From: an uncultured candidate division Zixibacteria bacterium
GTDB taxonomy: Bacteria > Zixibacteria > MSB-5A5 > GN15 > FEB-12
Length of the DNA stretch: 64,000 nt
Reading direction: 5' to 3'
Assembly: GCA_963806185.1 (NCBI GenBank)
Contig: CAWDXE010000007.1
Coordinates: 288,001 to 352,000 of the forward strand
Below are positions 39,285 through 50,262 of the stretch, one piece after another (the stretch's first letter is position 1; the number at the start of each line of letters is the position of its first letter). The position numbers and the translations under genes were made by a program. The notes beneath the pieces were generated by a model, which saw nothing but the letters and a program-made list of their open reading frames with translations, ran no database searches and had not been told where the DNA came from.

Positions 39285-40655
39285 ATGCCGAATATTCTTG
39301 TAGTCGACGACAAGGACTCCATGCGCAACATGTTGGCGGAAACCCTGGCCGAGGAAGGTCATCGGGTTGACGCGGTCGACGACGGTCAGAAGGCGCTCGA
39401 CCTGGTGCGCAATAAATCGTACGACCTGGTATTGACCGATCTGAAAATGCCCAACGTAGACGGTCTCGAAGTGCTCTCTGCGGTCAAGGAAATCGATTCC
39501 GAAACATCCGTAATCGTGATGACCGCCTTTGGTACGATCGAAGACGCCGTTGCCGCCATGAAAAAGGGCGCCTTCGATTTCATCACCAAACCGTTCGATA
39601 CCGAACACCTCTGCGTGCTGGTGAACCGGGCGCTGGAAAATCGGCGGATGGTGGCCGAAAATTCGTTGCTGCGAGAACAGCTCATGGCCGACCAGGGAAT
39701 CGCCAATATCATCGGCAAGAACGACAAGATGATCGAACTCTGCGGTCTCATTCAGAAGGTCGCCAAGTCCGATGCGTCGGTGCTGTTGCAGGGCGAATCG
39801 GGAACCGGGAAGGAGCTCTTCGCTCGGGCGATTCACTCTCTGTCCAATCGGAAAGACAAACCGTATATCGCCATCAACTGCGCCGCTATCCCCGGCGAAC
39901 TGCTGGAGAATGAACTCTTCGGTTCCGAGAAAGGTGCCTTTACCGGGGCCCATGCCCGTAAGATGGGCAAATTCGAAATCGCCTCGACCGGCACCGTATT
40001 TCTCGACGAAATCGGCGACATGGATATTCAACTGCAGGCCAAACTCCTGCGAGTGCTGCAGCAGAAGAATTTTGAACGACTGGGCGGGACCAAGACGGTG
40101 GATGTCGACGTCCGCATCATCGCTGCCACCAACATGGATCTAAAGCAGCTCATTACCGAAAAGAGATTTCGCGAAGACCTTTACTATCGTCTCTCCGTGT
40201 TCCCGCTGGTCATTCCGCCGCTGCGCGAACGACGCGACGACATTCCGGCCATCGCTGAGTATTTCATTGAGAAATATTGTCGCGAGCTGAAGAAGCCGAC
40301 CAAATCGCTCACGCGCGAAGCTTTGGACCTGCTGGAGAAGTATCATTGGCCGGGAAACGTGCGCGAACTTGAGAATACAATCGAGCGCGCCGTCATCCTG
40401 GCCGATCAGAAGAAGATCTCGCCGGAGCAACTGGCCGTTCGACTTCAACGCACCGAGGATATCCAGCTCCGCGACGGTGCCGGCCTGAAAGACATTGGCG
40501 CCCACGCCCAGATGCAGGCCGAACGCTCGACTATTCTGCGCGTGCTCAAGCAGGTGCGCGGCAATAAACGCAAATGCGCACAAGTACTTAAGATAGACTA
40601 CACGACGCTTTTCGATAAGATCAAGAAGTACGATATCGAGAAGGACCTGGTGTAG
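39285..40655 (+). CDS. sigma54-dependent response regulator (AtoC/NtrC family), no adjacent kinase
   Basis: Receiver; [27 protein letters not shown]. Confidence 0.95.
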   Translation: MPNILVVDDKDSMRNMLAETLAEEGHRVDAVDDGQKALDLVRNKSYDLVLTDLKMPNVDGLEVLSAVKEIDSETSVIVMTAFGTIEDAVAAMKKGAFDFITKPFDTEHLCVLVNRALENRRMVAENSLLREQLMADQGIANIIGKNDKMIELCGLIQKVAKSDASVLLQGESGTGKELFARAIHSLSNRKDKPYIAINCAAIPGELLENELFGSEKGAFTGAHARKMGKFEIASTGTVFLDEIGDMDIQLQAKLLRVLQQKNFERLGGTKTVDVDVRIIAATNMDLKQLITEKRFREDLYYRLSVFPLVIPPLRERRDDIPAIAEYFIEKYCRELKKPTKSLTREALDLLEKYHWPGNVRELENTIERAVILADQKKISPEQLAVRLQRTEDIQLRDGAGLKDIGAHAQMQAERSTILRVLKQVRGNKRKCAQVLKIDYTTLFDKIKKYDIEKDLV

Positions 40656-40679
40656 TCACCCACACGGTAAATTACGGTA

Positions 40680-40711
40680 AAAGCCGTCCCCTTTCAGGGG
40701 CGGTTTTTTTT
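40680..40711 (+). terminator. Rho-independent terminator
   Basis: AAAGCCGTCCCCT-TTC-AGGGGCGG followed by a T-run. Confidence 0.85.
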
Positions 40712-40876
40712 GGCTCAAATTAGAGTTGACCAAACACTCTAGTTTGTGTTATCGTCTAGTAGTAGAACGTCCGTTCGAAGATTATTGCTCGATATATATG
40801 GTCCGGGGCCCCTCCTCGCCACTGGCGGAAAAGCAGACATCACTTCTTGGGCATGGAGCCCGGTAGGAGTCACACA

Positions 40877-43711
40877 ATGAAAGCGGTAGGAATCACTCTG
40901 GCGCTGGTGCTGCTGGCCGGTACGGCATGGGCGCAGCAGGATCCGAAGGACGCAGGCATAGCGGATACACTGCGGTTTAGCGGGGGCGAGTTGATTGTCG
41001 GCAGATCCCTGCCGGTCGATATCGTGATTGTCACCGATACGCCCATAATTTCAATCGGCCTGGCTGCGGAGTTTGAGACTCTCGATAGCGGCTTTGCCCG
41101 GTTGGATTCCGTAGTTTTCGTGAACCACCTCTTCGATCCCACCATTTTGGACCAGCGGTACGTGCGGCGCGAGGGGATAGACGGTGTCTCTCCGGATTCA
41201 GTCCCGATCGGGCTCGTAAAATTACTTGGTGATGCGAGCTTGCCTCAGGTTCATGAAGCCGTTATGCGCATGTACCTCACCGGAATCACGCCGGGCAGGA
41301 TGGTCATTGATACCGCCCAGGGTATGTTGGGTTACTCCTTCAAATTCCATAGCGCCGTACCAAATGTGGGATGGGCGCCGATTCTCGTCCCGGACACCTT
41401 GAACGTTACCGTTGAACAACCGAGGCCGGAGCTAACCTTGCCCGCTGACCAGGTGATTGCACCGGCAGGGGTGGAATATGTTCTCGACGTGCCCGTATCG
41501 TCAGCCATCGATTCCAACGTTGAAGTCCTCGACTGGTTGATGTTCGAAGTTGACGACGATGCCCGCCAGGTTGCATCTGAGCCCGAATTTACTCCTGGGA
41601 ACCCCGGCCGGTTCTCCTGGACGCCGAACGTTAGCGACATCGGGATTTGGCGTATCATATTCCGAGCCTGCGATGTCAGCTCCAATTGTGTCAGTGGGGG
41701 AATCACGATGTCGGTAGTGGCGAGCGGTCTGTCGTTACCTGCCTTCGCTCGCTCCGAGACCATCTGGCCGACCATGCACCTATCGCTGATACGTGGGGAT
41801 TTTACCAATGACGGATCGGATGAGATTGTCACGACAAACGGCCCGAGCACCGGTGACGTAATGTCGCTCATCGGGATCGATAACGGCCAGTTCAGTCGTA
41901 TCTCCGGATATGATGACGGCTACTACAAGCGGGGACTTGTGGTCGGTTATTTTGACGATGACGCGGATCTCGACGTACGGATGTTTTCGACGATCCTGCG
42001 ACATATCCGATTGTTGAAAGGAGATGGGAGAGGAAATCTCATTCCAGGTGAGACTTCGTCCATTGGGGACGTGCAGTACGCATGCTCGGCAGAACTTACA
42101 TCTGACCAATACCTGGACTACGTTGCTGTCGGAAGGCTAGGGTTCACCATAATGGTTGGGCAAGTGGGACATCTGCTCGCACCGGGGCAGACGTACGCCA
42201 CTCCGGATTCCGCCCGATCCGTAAATGCCGCCGATGTCAACGCAGACGGTTTCGCTGATTTACTGATTGGACACAAGAGCGGTCTGACCGTCTATCTCGG
42301 TGACGGAGCCGGACATTTCACTGAAGGTGCCACATATTCGCAATCTTTCGCTGCGGCGGATATCGACGTAACCAACCAGGGTTCGGATTTTAATAGCGAC
42401 GATGTCTTTGACCTTTGCGTGGCAGCACCGTCGGTAGGCGAAGAATTTTCGGATATCATGTTGTATCTCGGGAATGGAGACGGCACCTTTAATCAACACC
42501 TCGTGAAGCGCGTACGCGGACAGACGCTGGCGACAGTCATCGGCGACTACAATAATGACCAACGATTGGATATAGCCTACATTAACGGGTCGCAGAAATT
42601 CATAGGGATTCTTTTCGGCGACGGACAAGGCGGCTTTATCGGCGAGCAACGTCTGCCGGCATTGCCCTACACCAGCCGAAGGCTGGAAGCAACGGACTAC
42701 GGGCGCGACGGTGATCTGGACTTTGTCGTCAGCGCTGTCACGTCCGGTCTCAATGGCATATTGTATCTGTTTGAAAACGAAGGCGATCCGACAAACACAT
42801 CACCGCAACGACTCGAGTGCCGAGCACTTGACAATTCGTCAGTCGAAATCATTGCGCCGAGCGGTCAGGTGATTACTGAGTTGCGCAGGACAATTGCGTC
42901 TGGCACGGTCGCTCAACGAAATATCGACGACGATGCCCTCATTGATCAAGTATTCACTGCCAGTGCAATAGAGCCTGGTCCGTATACGATATCGGTGGAT
43001 CCGAAAAAAGGAAGTCAAGCGAATCAACCCTTCTCAATCGACTTCTCAGTCGACGGCAAACAGTATCGCCTTGCCCACGACCAGCCTAATCGGCTGGGCG
43101 GGTATCAATTTACTGTCTATCCTGACGGTTCGTCACCTGTGACACCCGCATCCGGCGCTCTGTGTTCGCTGCCCAACCCCCAGTTGACCTGGACGTCATC
43201 CGGTGACGAGATCCTCGAAATTGCGAGTGACTTGGCATTCACCGACATCATCGAGACGGCCAACATCACCGAGGGAAGATACACACCAGTGCATGCTGTC
43301 GCGGGAGCGGACACGAGTACCTACTATTGGCGGGTGAAAAACGTCCAAAGCACTTGGGTCTCGGATATCCGGGTATTCTCCGTGCTGCCGACACCCACAG
43401 CCGTCGACCCGGAAGCCAACGACGGTTTGCCGATCGCATACAACCTATTTCAGAACTACCCCAACCCGTTCAACCCGACTACGACAATAGCTTTCGCCCT
43501 TCCGCAGGCTGAGCGCGTTGTTATCACCATCTATGACATCACAGGTCGGCAAGTCAGGCGCCTCATTGACCAGCTGTTCTCTGCAGGCGAGCACTCAGTC
43601 ACCTGGGACGGCGCAGATAACCGTCATCGCTCCGTAAGCTCCGGGGTCTATCTGTACCGAATTGAAGCCGGCAGCTATCTCGCTCAGAAGAAGATGACAT
43701 TGGTGAGATAG
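40877..43711 (+). CDS. Secreted FG-GAP repeat protein with C-terminal FlgD-Ig / T9SS-A-like sorting domain
   Basis: Signal peptide; DxNxDG repeats; LFQNYPNPFNPTTTI...WDG...SSGVYLY. Confidence 0.85.
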   Translation: MKAVGITLALVLLAGTAWAQQDPKDAGIADTLRFSGGELIVGRSLPVDIVIVTDTPIISIGLAAEFETLDSGFARLDSVVFVNHLFDPTILDQRYVRREGIDGVSPDSVPIGLVKLLGDASLPQVHEAVMRMYLTGITPGRMVIDTAQGMLGYSFKFHSAVPNVGWAPILVPDTLNVTVEQPRPELTLPADQVIAPAGVEYVLDVPVSSAIDSNVEVLDWLMFEVDDDARQVASEPEFTPGNPGRFSWTPNVSDIGIWRIIFRACDVSSNCVSGGITMSVVASGLSLPAFARSETIWPTMHLSLIRGDFTNDGSDEIVTTNGPSTGDVMSLIGIDNGQFSRISGYDDGYYKRGLVVGYFDDDADLDVRMFSTILRHIRLLKGDGRGNLIPGETSSIGDVQYACSAELTSDQYLDYVAVGRLGFTIMVGQVGHLLAPGQTYATPDSARSVNAADVNADGFADLLIGHKSGLTVYLGDGAGHFTEGATYSQSFAAADIDVTNQGSDFNSDDVFDLCVAAPSVGEEFSDIMLYLGNGDGTFNQHLVKRVRGQTLATVIGDYNNDQRLDIAYINGSQKFIGILFGDGQGGFIGEQRLPALPYTSRRLEATDYGRDGDLDFVVSAVTSGLNGILYLFENEGDPTNTSPQRLECRALDNSSVEIIAPSGQVITELRRTIASGTVAQRNIDDDALIDQVFTASAIEPGPYTISVDPKKGSQANQPFSIDFSVDGKQYRLAHDQPNRLGGYQFTVYPDGSSPVTPASGALCSLPNPQLTWTSSGDEILEIASDLAFTDIIETANITEGRYTPVHAVAGADTSTYYWRVKNVQSTWVSDIRVFSVLPTPTAVDPEANDGLPIAYNLFQNYPNPFNPTTTIAFALPQAERVVITIYDITGRQVRRLIDQLFSAGEHSVTWDGADNRHRSVSSGVYLYRIEAGSYLAQKKMTLVR

Positions 43712-43735
43712 CGTTGCTCGTGCACTAGTACAGAT

Positions 43736-43765
43736 GGGGGCGGGGTGTTAGGCACGCCCCCTTTT
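43736..43765 (+). terminator. Terminator hairpin
   Basis: GGGGGCG...CGCCCCC-TTTT. Confidence 0.6.
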
Positions 43766-44005
43766 CGTTTAGCAGTCCGTAGGGCATCCGAGAAGCATCC
43801 GTGCCAATTGCGCACAGCGTCGTGACTGTGATGATCCCCAGAATCTTGTTGACTTATCCACATTTTGCCCTACCTTTTACCGCAATATGGTGTTATTGGC
43901 ACGCCCCACTATTTCTGACGAGCCGGGCACCCCAGACGTACTCACCGCGACGGCCAATTGGCCGATATCGTACATGGTGTGTGGAGTGGAGAAGGTTTGG
44001 TGAGC

Positions 44006-44524
44006 ATGGGCACCTCGCTGATCAATAGAAACGTCTTGATGCTCAATCAGAACTACGAGCCGCTGACGGTCTGCTCGGCCCGACGGGCCATTGTTCTCCT
44101 TTTTCAGGGTAAAGCTGAGATGATTGAGACGGCCGACGGACTGAAAGTAAACTCCGTCAGTCAGAGCTACAGCCTGCCCTCGGTCGTTCGCCTCTGGCAC
44201 TATAAGCGCGTCCCGTACAAGCGGATACTGCTCACGCGAAAAAACGTGATTCTCCGCGACGGTCACCGCTGCCAGTACTGTGGTTCAGCCAAGGGCCCGA
44301 TGACGGTTGACCACATCATCCCCCGGACAAAGAAGGGGGCCGATAGCTGGGATAATATGGTTTGTGCCTGCGTCAACTGTAACAACAGGAAGGGCGACCG
44401 CACACCCGAGCAGGCCGGCATCACATTGTTGAAGAAGCCGACTCGGCCCAGCCACATCACGTTTATTCAGCGGTATATCGGCGTATCTGACGTCCGCTGG
44501 CGACAGTACCTCTTCATGGATTGA
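44006..44524 (+). CDS. HNH endonuclease (McrA-like family)
   Basis: LNQNYEPL; RD..RCQYCG; TVDHIIP; CVNCNNRKG. Confidence 0.9.
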   Translation: MGTSLINRNVLMLNQNYEPLTVCSARRAIVLLFQGKAEMIETADGLKVNSVSQSYSLPSVVRLWHYKRVPYKRILLTRKNVILRDGHRCQYCGSAKGPMTVDHIIPRTKKGADSWDNMVCACVNCNNRKGDRTPEQAGITLLKKPTRPSHITFIQRYIGVSDVRWRQYLFMD

Positions 44525-44694
44525 CTCCCGGACAACTCAATCACGGGCCTACTGCAGGTCTTCGGATGAGCCAACCGAAGGCCGTTTTTGTCTCGGTGAT
44601 TTCCCATCTGAGAAACCTCGCGCCGGGGGCATTTTTTGTTGCTTTATAGAGGGGGCAGGGGTAAATTCCCGCCCATTCGGAGCTTACGTAAGAC

Positions 44695-45720
44695 ATGAGT
44701 GATACCGCACCACAGACCGTTCCAACCGACGCGCCCGCCAGGAAGAAGGAGACCATCCTGTCCGGCATGCAGCCGACCGGAGCACTCCATATCGGCAATC
44801 TCGAGGGCGCGTTGCGGAATTGGGTCAAACTCCAGGACGAGTACTGGATGTACTGCTGTATCGTCGACTGGCACGCGCTCACGGCCGATTTCGATGATAC
44901 CGCCGGTCTCAAGGATATGGTCTTCCAGATGGCCGTCGATTGGTTATCGGCCGGTCTCGATCCCGAGAAATGCGCGATCTTTGTTCAGTCGGAAGTGAAA
45001 GAACACGCCGAGCTGCATTTGATCTTCTCGATGTTGATCACGGTTCCCACGCTGACTCGCCTGCCTACCTACCAGGAAAAGAAGGATAAGCTCGACTCGT
45101 ATGGATTCCTGGGATATCCGGTTCTGCAGGCGGCGGACATTTGCCTATACAACGCCAACAAAGTGCCGGTGGGCAAGGACCAGGAAAAGCACGTCTGGCT
45201 CGCCGCTGACCTGGCCGGGCGGTTCAATTCGATATACAAGAAAGTGTTCGTTATCCCTGAGGCGTTATTCACACCCATACCCGTTGTGCCCGGTTCGGAC
45301 AATCGCAAGATGTCCAAATCGTACGGCAACCATATACCGATTGATGCCACGGAAAAACAAACGGATAAAGTGATTTCCGGCTACTTCACCGATCCTCAAA
45401 AAGTGCGCCTGGGGGATGCCGGCCGGCCGGAAATATGTCCCGTGTTCATGCTCCACAAGGTATACACGCCGGACTTCGAGCAGATTATAGCAGCTCCGTG
45501 CCGCACCGGTGAACTGGGGTGCGTCGACTGCAAAAAACGTCTGGCAGGAAATCTGAATGAAGCGTTGCGACCCATTCGCGATCGTCGCGCCGAACTGGTG
45601 AAACATCCGGACATTATCTGGGATGTGCTCAAAACCGGGGGGGACCGGGCACGCCAGCGCGCTCAGAACGTTATGGAGAAGGTCCGCAGCGCCATGAAAA
45701 TGAACTATCGCAAGGTCTGA
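44695..45720 (+). CDS. trpS: Tryptophan--tRNA ligase
   Basis: SGMQPTG.LHIGN, YPVLQAADI, VPVGKDQ, KMSKS. Confidence 0.96.
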   Translation: MSDTAPQTVPTDAPARKKETILSGMQPTGALHIGNLEGALRNWVKLQDEYWMYCCIVDWHALTADFDDTAGLKDMVFQMAVDWLSAGLDPEKCAIFVQSEVKEHAELHLIFSMLITVPTLTRLPTYQEKKDKLDSYGFLGYPVLQAADICLYNANKVPVGKDQEKHVWLAADLAGRFNSIYKKVFVIPEALFTPIPVVPGSDNRKMSKSYGNHIPIDATEKQTDKVISGYFTDPQKVRLGDAGRPEICPVFMLHKVYTPDFEQIIAAPCRTGELGCVDCKKRLAGNLNEALRPIRDRRAELVKHPDIIWDVLKTGGDRARQRAQNVMEKVRSAMKMNYRKV

Positions 45721-45723
45721 AGA

Positions 45724-46533
45724 ATGGAAACCGTAGACTCGTCAGTTGAAACATATTCCGGATCGTATTCGGTGGATCTCGACGTATTCAGCGGTCCGCT
45801 CGACCTGCTGCTCTACCTGATCAAGAAGGAAGAGGTCGACATCTACGACATTCCCATTGCCCGCATCACCAGTCAGTACTTGCGGTACATCGAGATGATG
45901 GCCACGCTCAATCTGGAAGTAGCGGGCGAGTTCATACTGATGGCGGCGACGCTTATTCGCATCAAGACCCGCCTGCTGCTGCCTCGGGATGAGTCGGAGG
46001 AAGACGAACCAGATCCGCGCGAAGAGTTGATAATGGCGCTCATCGAATACAAAAAGTACAAGGAAGCCGGCGACATCCTTCGTGAGCGCGCTCTGCTCGA
46101 AGAACAGAATTACGTGCCGCCGTCACCGGTGGGGACGATCGAAGGACGCGTGGATCTCAGCCCGGCGACTACCTTGTACGATCTGGTGGTCGCCTTCCGC
46201 ACGGTTTTGGCGGCCAGGCGCGACACCACTTTCCATCAGGTCAACCCGGAAGAAGTGTCGATCGAGGATCGCATGAAGGTGATCCTGGCTTCACTGGGCG
46301 AACGGGAGTGCGCCAGCTTTCACGAATTGTTTGCCGACGTGCCCAGACGGGTGATTGCCGTAGTCACCTTCATCGCCATACTCGAATTGGCCCGCACGCG
46401 GCGGATTACCATTTTCCAGTCAGTTCCCTTTGCCGAGTTACGTGTCTACCGCGGTGAATCGTATTACGATCGCGCTCGCGCGATCGATTTGATCCAAACG
46501 ACGACGACTGAACAAACAGGTGACAACATATGA
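45724..46533 (+). CDS. scpA: Segregation/condensation protein A
   Basis: FSGPLDLLLYLI; EFILMAATL..IK; TFIAILEL. Confidence 0.95.
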   Translation: METVDSSVETYSGSYSVDLDVFSGPLDLLLYLIKKEEVDIYDIPIARITSQYLRYIEMMATLNLEVAGEFILMAATLIRIKTRLLLPRDESEEDEPDPREELIMALIEYKKYKEAGDILRERALLEEQNYVPPSPVGTIEGRVDLSPATTLYDLVVAFRTVLAARRDTTFHQVNPEEVSIEDRMKVILASLGERECASFHELFADVPRRVIAVVTFIAILELARTRRITIFQSVPFAELRVYRGESYYDRARAIDLIQTTTTEQTGDNI

Positions 46534-47348
46534 TGCAACTGGAAGATCTCAGACCGGTGGTCGAGGGACTCATCATCGCCTCACCCGAGCCGCTCCCGGG
46601 AAGTCGCATAACCCAGGTGCTCGCCGAAGTGACCCAGGCACAGGTTGCTCGGGTGGTCGCTGATCTCAACACCAAGTACGCTGAAACCGGCAGTTCCTTC
46701 CGCATTCGCGAACTTGCCGGCGGATACCAGTACTACATTCTGCCCAACTTCGTCGGCTACGTCGAAGACCTGTTCACTCGTCGCCGCAAGATGCGCCTTA
46801 CTCAGGCGGCGCTTGAGACCCTGGCGGTCATCGCCTACAAGCAGCCGGCCACCAAAACGGACATTGAACATATCCGCGGCGTTGCCTCCGACGGTGTCAT
46901 TCACACCCTGATGGAAAAGAACATGATCACCGTGAAGGGGCGAGCCAAGAGTGTCGGCAAGCCGCTGCAGTACGGTACGACTGACGAGTTCCTCAAATTC
47001 TTCGGGCTGAACAATCTCGACGATCTCCCGCGCATGTCGGAAATTGAAGAGATGATCGTCGCCGCCACTCCCCGACAGCAAACACAGCTTCCCCTCGGAA
47101 TGCTTGCCGCCGCCGCTCCCGCCGAACTCAAGTTGAACATTGCGGACGGTACCTTCACACCGCGCGAAGACGCTCCGGGTGAATTGGAACTTGAGGATGA
47201 ACCGACGGCGGTGCTTTCGGGCACGTCCAACCGGCTGGTGCTCCGCGCCGGCCCCGAGGAGATTCCGGAAGAGAGTTTCGACGATGAACTGAACGAGGAA
47301 TCGGCGGGCGAATCTACGGCCCTGAATCGAATAGAGCAGGGAAGCTAG
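46530..47348 (+). CDS. scpB: Segregation/condensation protein B
   Basis: AALETLAVIAYKQP..IRGV; YGTT.EFL..FGL. Confidence 0.95.
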   Translation: MMQLEDLRPVVEGLIIASPEPLPGSRITQVLAEVTQAQVARVVADLNTKYAETGSSFRIRELAGGYQYYILPNFVGYVEDLFTRRRKMRLTQAALETLAVIAYKQPATKTDIEHIRGVASDGVIHTLMEKNMITVKGRAKSVGKPLQYGTTDEFLKFFGLNNLDDLPRMSEIEEMIVAATPRQQTQLPLGMLAAAAPAELKLNIADGTFTPREDAPGELELEDEPTAVLSGTSNRLVLRAGPEEIPEESFDDELNEESAGESTALNRIEQGS

Positions 47349-47393
47349 CTTGACGCTAAGAGTAATCGCCGAGGCAGATCAGGGTGAGTACCA

Positions 47394-48131
47394 ATGATCC
47401 GCATCAATAAATACCTGTCTATATGCGGTGTGACCTCACGTCGTGGCGCCGAGACGCTCATCGAGGAAGGGCGCATTGCCGTCAATGGCGCCAAGATCAC
47501 CACCCTCGGCGTGATCATTGACGAATCCTCGGACAAGGTGACGGTCGACGGCGTCGAGGCTGTCCCGGTTACGACTCTCGAGTACATCATCATGAACAAG
47601 CCGCGCAACGTCATGACCACGCTGCGGGATCCGTTTGGTCGGCGCACGATCGTGCACTACCTGAAAAAACTTCCCCAACGTGTGTATCCGGTCGGCCGAC
47701 TTGATTTTGACACCGAGGGAGTGCTCCTGCTCACCAACGACGGCGATCTGGCCTATCGACTCGCCCATCCCAAGTATCAGGTGCAGAAAGTGTACGAAGC
47801 CAAGGTTGAGGGGCAGTTTAATCCAGCGAACGCCGAACGTATCGAGAAGGGCGTCCGGCTCAAAGACGGTGCCATAGGACGCGGATCGGCCATTGTGCTC
47901 GGTTTTGCGTCGCGTTTCACTCGCATCCGTCTCACGCTGACGGAAGGCCGCAAGCATGAGGTCAAGCAGCTCTGCTCCGGCGTGGGACACCCCGTAGTCG
48001 AGCTTCGCCGGGTCGAATTCGCCGGCATTACCGCTCGCAATCTCACGGCCGGTAACTGGCGCCGTCTGACGCGCGCTGAGGTAGGCAAACTTCGAGCTCT
48101 GGTCGGACTTGGGGCTGATATCTCCGGCTAA
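47394..48131 (+). CDS. rluB: rRNA pseudouridine synthase (RluB/RsuA family)
   Basis: S4 domain; PVGRLDFDTEGVLLLTNDG; follows scpAB. Confidence 0.85.
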   Translation: MIRINKYLSICGVTSRRGAETLIEEGRIAVNGAKITTLGVIIDESSDKVTVDGVEAVPVTTLEYIIMNKPRNVMTTLRDPFGRRTIVHYLKKLPQRVYPVGRLDFDTEGVLLLTNDGDLAYRLAHPKYQVQKVYEAKVEGQFNPANAERIEKGVRLKDGAIGRGSAIVLGFASRFTRIRLTLTEGRKHEVKQLCSGVGHPVVELRRVEFAGITARNLTAGNWRRLTRAEVGKLRALVGLGADISG

Positions 48132-48194
48132 CAAAAAAGCCGCCCGGCTGGTCACCCGACGGCTCACTGGAAATTCTCATCTGGAACTAAGCCG

Positions 48195-49157
48195 TTATCC
48201 CAACTCCTGCCGGAATTTTTTGGTCATGGCAGGAAGTACTTCAAAGAGATCGGCCACAATTCCGTACGTCGCAATATTGAAGATCGGTGCATCCTTGTCT
48301 CTGTTAACAGCGACGATCGTCTTCGATGTCTGCATCCCGACCAGGTGCTGAATTGCTCCGGAGATCCCCACGGCTACATACAGTTTGGGATTGACTGTCC
48401 GGCCGGTCTGGCCCACCTGATAGGTATACGGTACCCAGCCGGCGTCCACAACGGCGCGCGAGGCGCCAAACGCCGCCTTCATTGCGTCGGCCAATTCCTT
48501 CACGACCGGTACATGCTCGGGTCCCTTAATGCCCCGGCCTACGGCGACAATCACGTCGGCCTCGGCCAGATTCTGAGTTCCGCCGGAATCAGATTTGGAA
48601 TCGGTAACCTTGGTCCTGCCGCTCAGCAGCGACGGGTCGACCGTGACTGTCTCGACTTGCCCTGAGCCGTCTGTCGATTCCGCGTAGATCTTTGGACGAA
48701 CTGTCACAAAGTATGGCGCGCTGCTCGGATTGGCACTGACGCGCGCAATCACCGATCCCCCATAGCTGGGTCGCGTCACCCCAATGCCCGAACCGTCGGC
48801 GACCAGAGCAGTGACATCGGACGTCATCGTGCCGCCGTTGAGTGCAGCCAGACGACTTGCCAGCGCCTTGCCGTAGAACGTCGCTGGCGCCAGCACCAGC
48901 CCCGGTTTGTGGTCGACAATCAACTTCGTGATTATTTTCGCGTACACTTCATCGTTGAAGTGCGCCAGCGATGCATCTGATACGGCCAGAACCTTGCCGC
49001 CGCCACGTTTTGCCAGTACCGCGGCAATACCCGAAACATCGGCTCCCAGAACGACCGTGACGATGTCGGTACCAACCGACTTCGCGGCGCTTATCACCTC
49101 GAGAGAAGCGGAAAGCAGCTTCCCCTCTTTCTGCAACGCTATGACAAAAATCTTCAT
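48195..49157 (-). CDS. etfA: Electron transfer flavoprotein alpha subunit
   Basis: GRG, GASRAVVDAGW, QVGQTG, GISGAIQHLVGM, NRDKDAPIF. Confidence 0.95.
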   Translation of the reverse strand: MKIFVIALQKEGKLLSASLEVISAAKSVGTDIVTVVLGADVSGIAAVLAKRGGGKVLAVSDASLAHFNDEVYAKIITKLIVDHKPGLVLAPATFYGKALASRLAALNGGTMTSDVTALVADGSGIGVTRPSYGGSVIARVSANPSSAPYFVTVRPKIYAESTDGSGQVETVTVDPSLLSGRTKVTDSKSDSGGTQNLAEADVIVAVGRGIKGPEHVPVVKELADAMKAAFGASRAVVDAGWVPYTYQVGQTGRTVNPKLYVAVGISGAIQHLVGMQTSKTIVAVNRDKDAPIFNIATYGIVADLFEVLPAMTKKFRQELG

Positions 49158-49236
49158 GGACAAATCCTCGTAGTGATCCCGATCAACATGCGCGGAATAT
49201 ATGCCGGATCAGTAGCCGGGGCAACCGCTTTTGGCG

Positions 49237-50262
49237 TCACTCCGACACCCGAAGGACACCCGAAAGTAGAATGGGAGCGGGTTCTACTTTCAGCGTTCCA
49301 AGCAGGTAATCAGCAAAAACGCTATCGATATCCTTTACCGTATGCACCGCAAACAGAAGCGGTCGCAGCTCCGACGCTCCAGGGAATCCCTTGACGTACC
49401 AGCCGAGATACCGCCGAGTCATCACGGCCCCCCGCTCCTCACCGAATTGCTCAGCCATCAATTGAGCATGCAATCGCGCCATTTCTATTTTTTCGACAAT
49501 CGACGGTTCACCTACGATTTCGCCATTTTCCAGGTAACGATTCATCTGGGTGAAGATGAATGGGTTTCCCAGCGCCGCGCGCCCGATCATGACCCCGTCG
49601 CAGCCGGTATCGGCCAGCATGCGTTCGGCATCCTGCGGCGTCAGCACGTCGCCATTGCCGATCACCGTCAGGCCGGGGGCCGAAGCCTTGAGCTCCTTGA
49701 TGGTCTCCCAATTGGCTTCGCCGCTGAAGCCCTTGGCGCGCGATCGTGCATGAAGCGTCAGCGCCTGGGCGCCGACTTTCTGGGCAATCTGGCCTACCTC
49801 CCGATAAACCGGGCAAGTGTCATCCCAACCGATTCTCATTTTGATTGAGACCGGAATGTCTCCGGCTCCCTGAACAACCGAGGCCACGATGTCCTCGGTC
49901 AGTTTCAAATCCTTGAGCACAGCCGAGCCACCATTCTTGTTGACCACCTTTTTGACCGGGCAGCCGAAATTGAGGTCAATCACGTCAGGTCTAAAGCGTT
50001 CGGCCGTGATCCGAGCCGCCCGGCCCATTACTTCTGGGTTCGAGCCAAATAATTGAATGCCAAGAGGTTGCTCGTCGGGCTTAAAGTTCATCATTTCAAA
50101 GGTCTTATCTTGTTCGCGAATGATGGCTTCCGACGACACCATTTCCGTGTAGGTCATGGCGGCTCCGCCCTTGGCGGCCAAAACGCGGAAAGGCCGGTTG
50201 GAGACCCCCGCCAGCGGAGCCAGCAGGACTTTTCCACGTAACTTCAAGTTTCCTATTCTCAT
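49237..50262 (-). CDS. dusB: tRNA-dihydrouridine synthase B
   Basis: LAPLAGV, IDLNFGCP, HAR, GNGDV, GVMIGR. Confidence 0.93.
   Translation of the reverse strand: MRIGNLKLRGKVLLAPLAGVSNRPFRVLAAKGGAAMTYTEMVSSEAIIREQDKTFEMMNFKPDEQPLGIQLFGSNPEVMGRAARITAERFRPDVIDLNFGCPVKKVVNKNGGSAVLKDLKLTEDIVASVVQGAGDIPVSIKMRIGWDDTCPVYREVGQIAQKVGAQALTLHARSRAKGFSGEANWETIKELKASAPGLTVIGNGDVLTPQDAERMLADTGCDGVMIGRAALGNPFIFTQMNRYLENGEIVGEPSIVEKIEMARLHAQLMAEQFGEERGAVMTRRYLGWYVKGFPGASELRPLLFAVHTVKDIDSVFADYLLGTLKVEPAPILLSGVLRVSE

Noticed and set aside
38469..40031. Long antisense ORFs (520 aa here; also 2048-3121, 6785-7681, 34411-35250, 54841-55719)
   Set aside because: Shadows of well-supported genes on the opposite strand in GC-rich DNA; no recognisable motifs.
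43854..43862. DnaA box TTATCCACA as oriC
   Set aside because: Single box, with no cluster, AT-rich unwinding element or dnaA nearby; at most a regulatory site.
44006..44524. HNH gene as a homing endonuclease or mobile element
   Set aside because: Belongs to a widespread stand-alone family; no intron, terminal repeats or target duplication seen.
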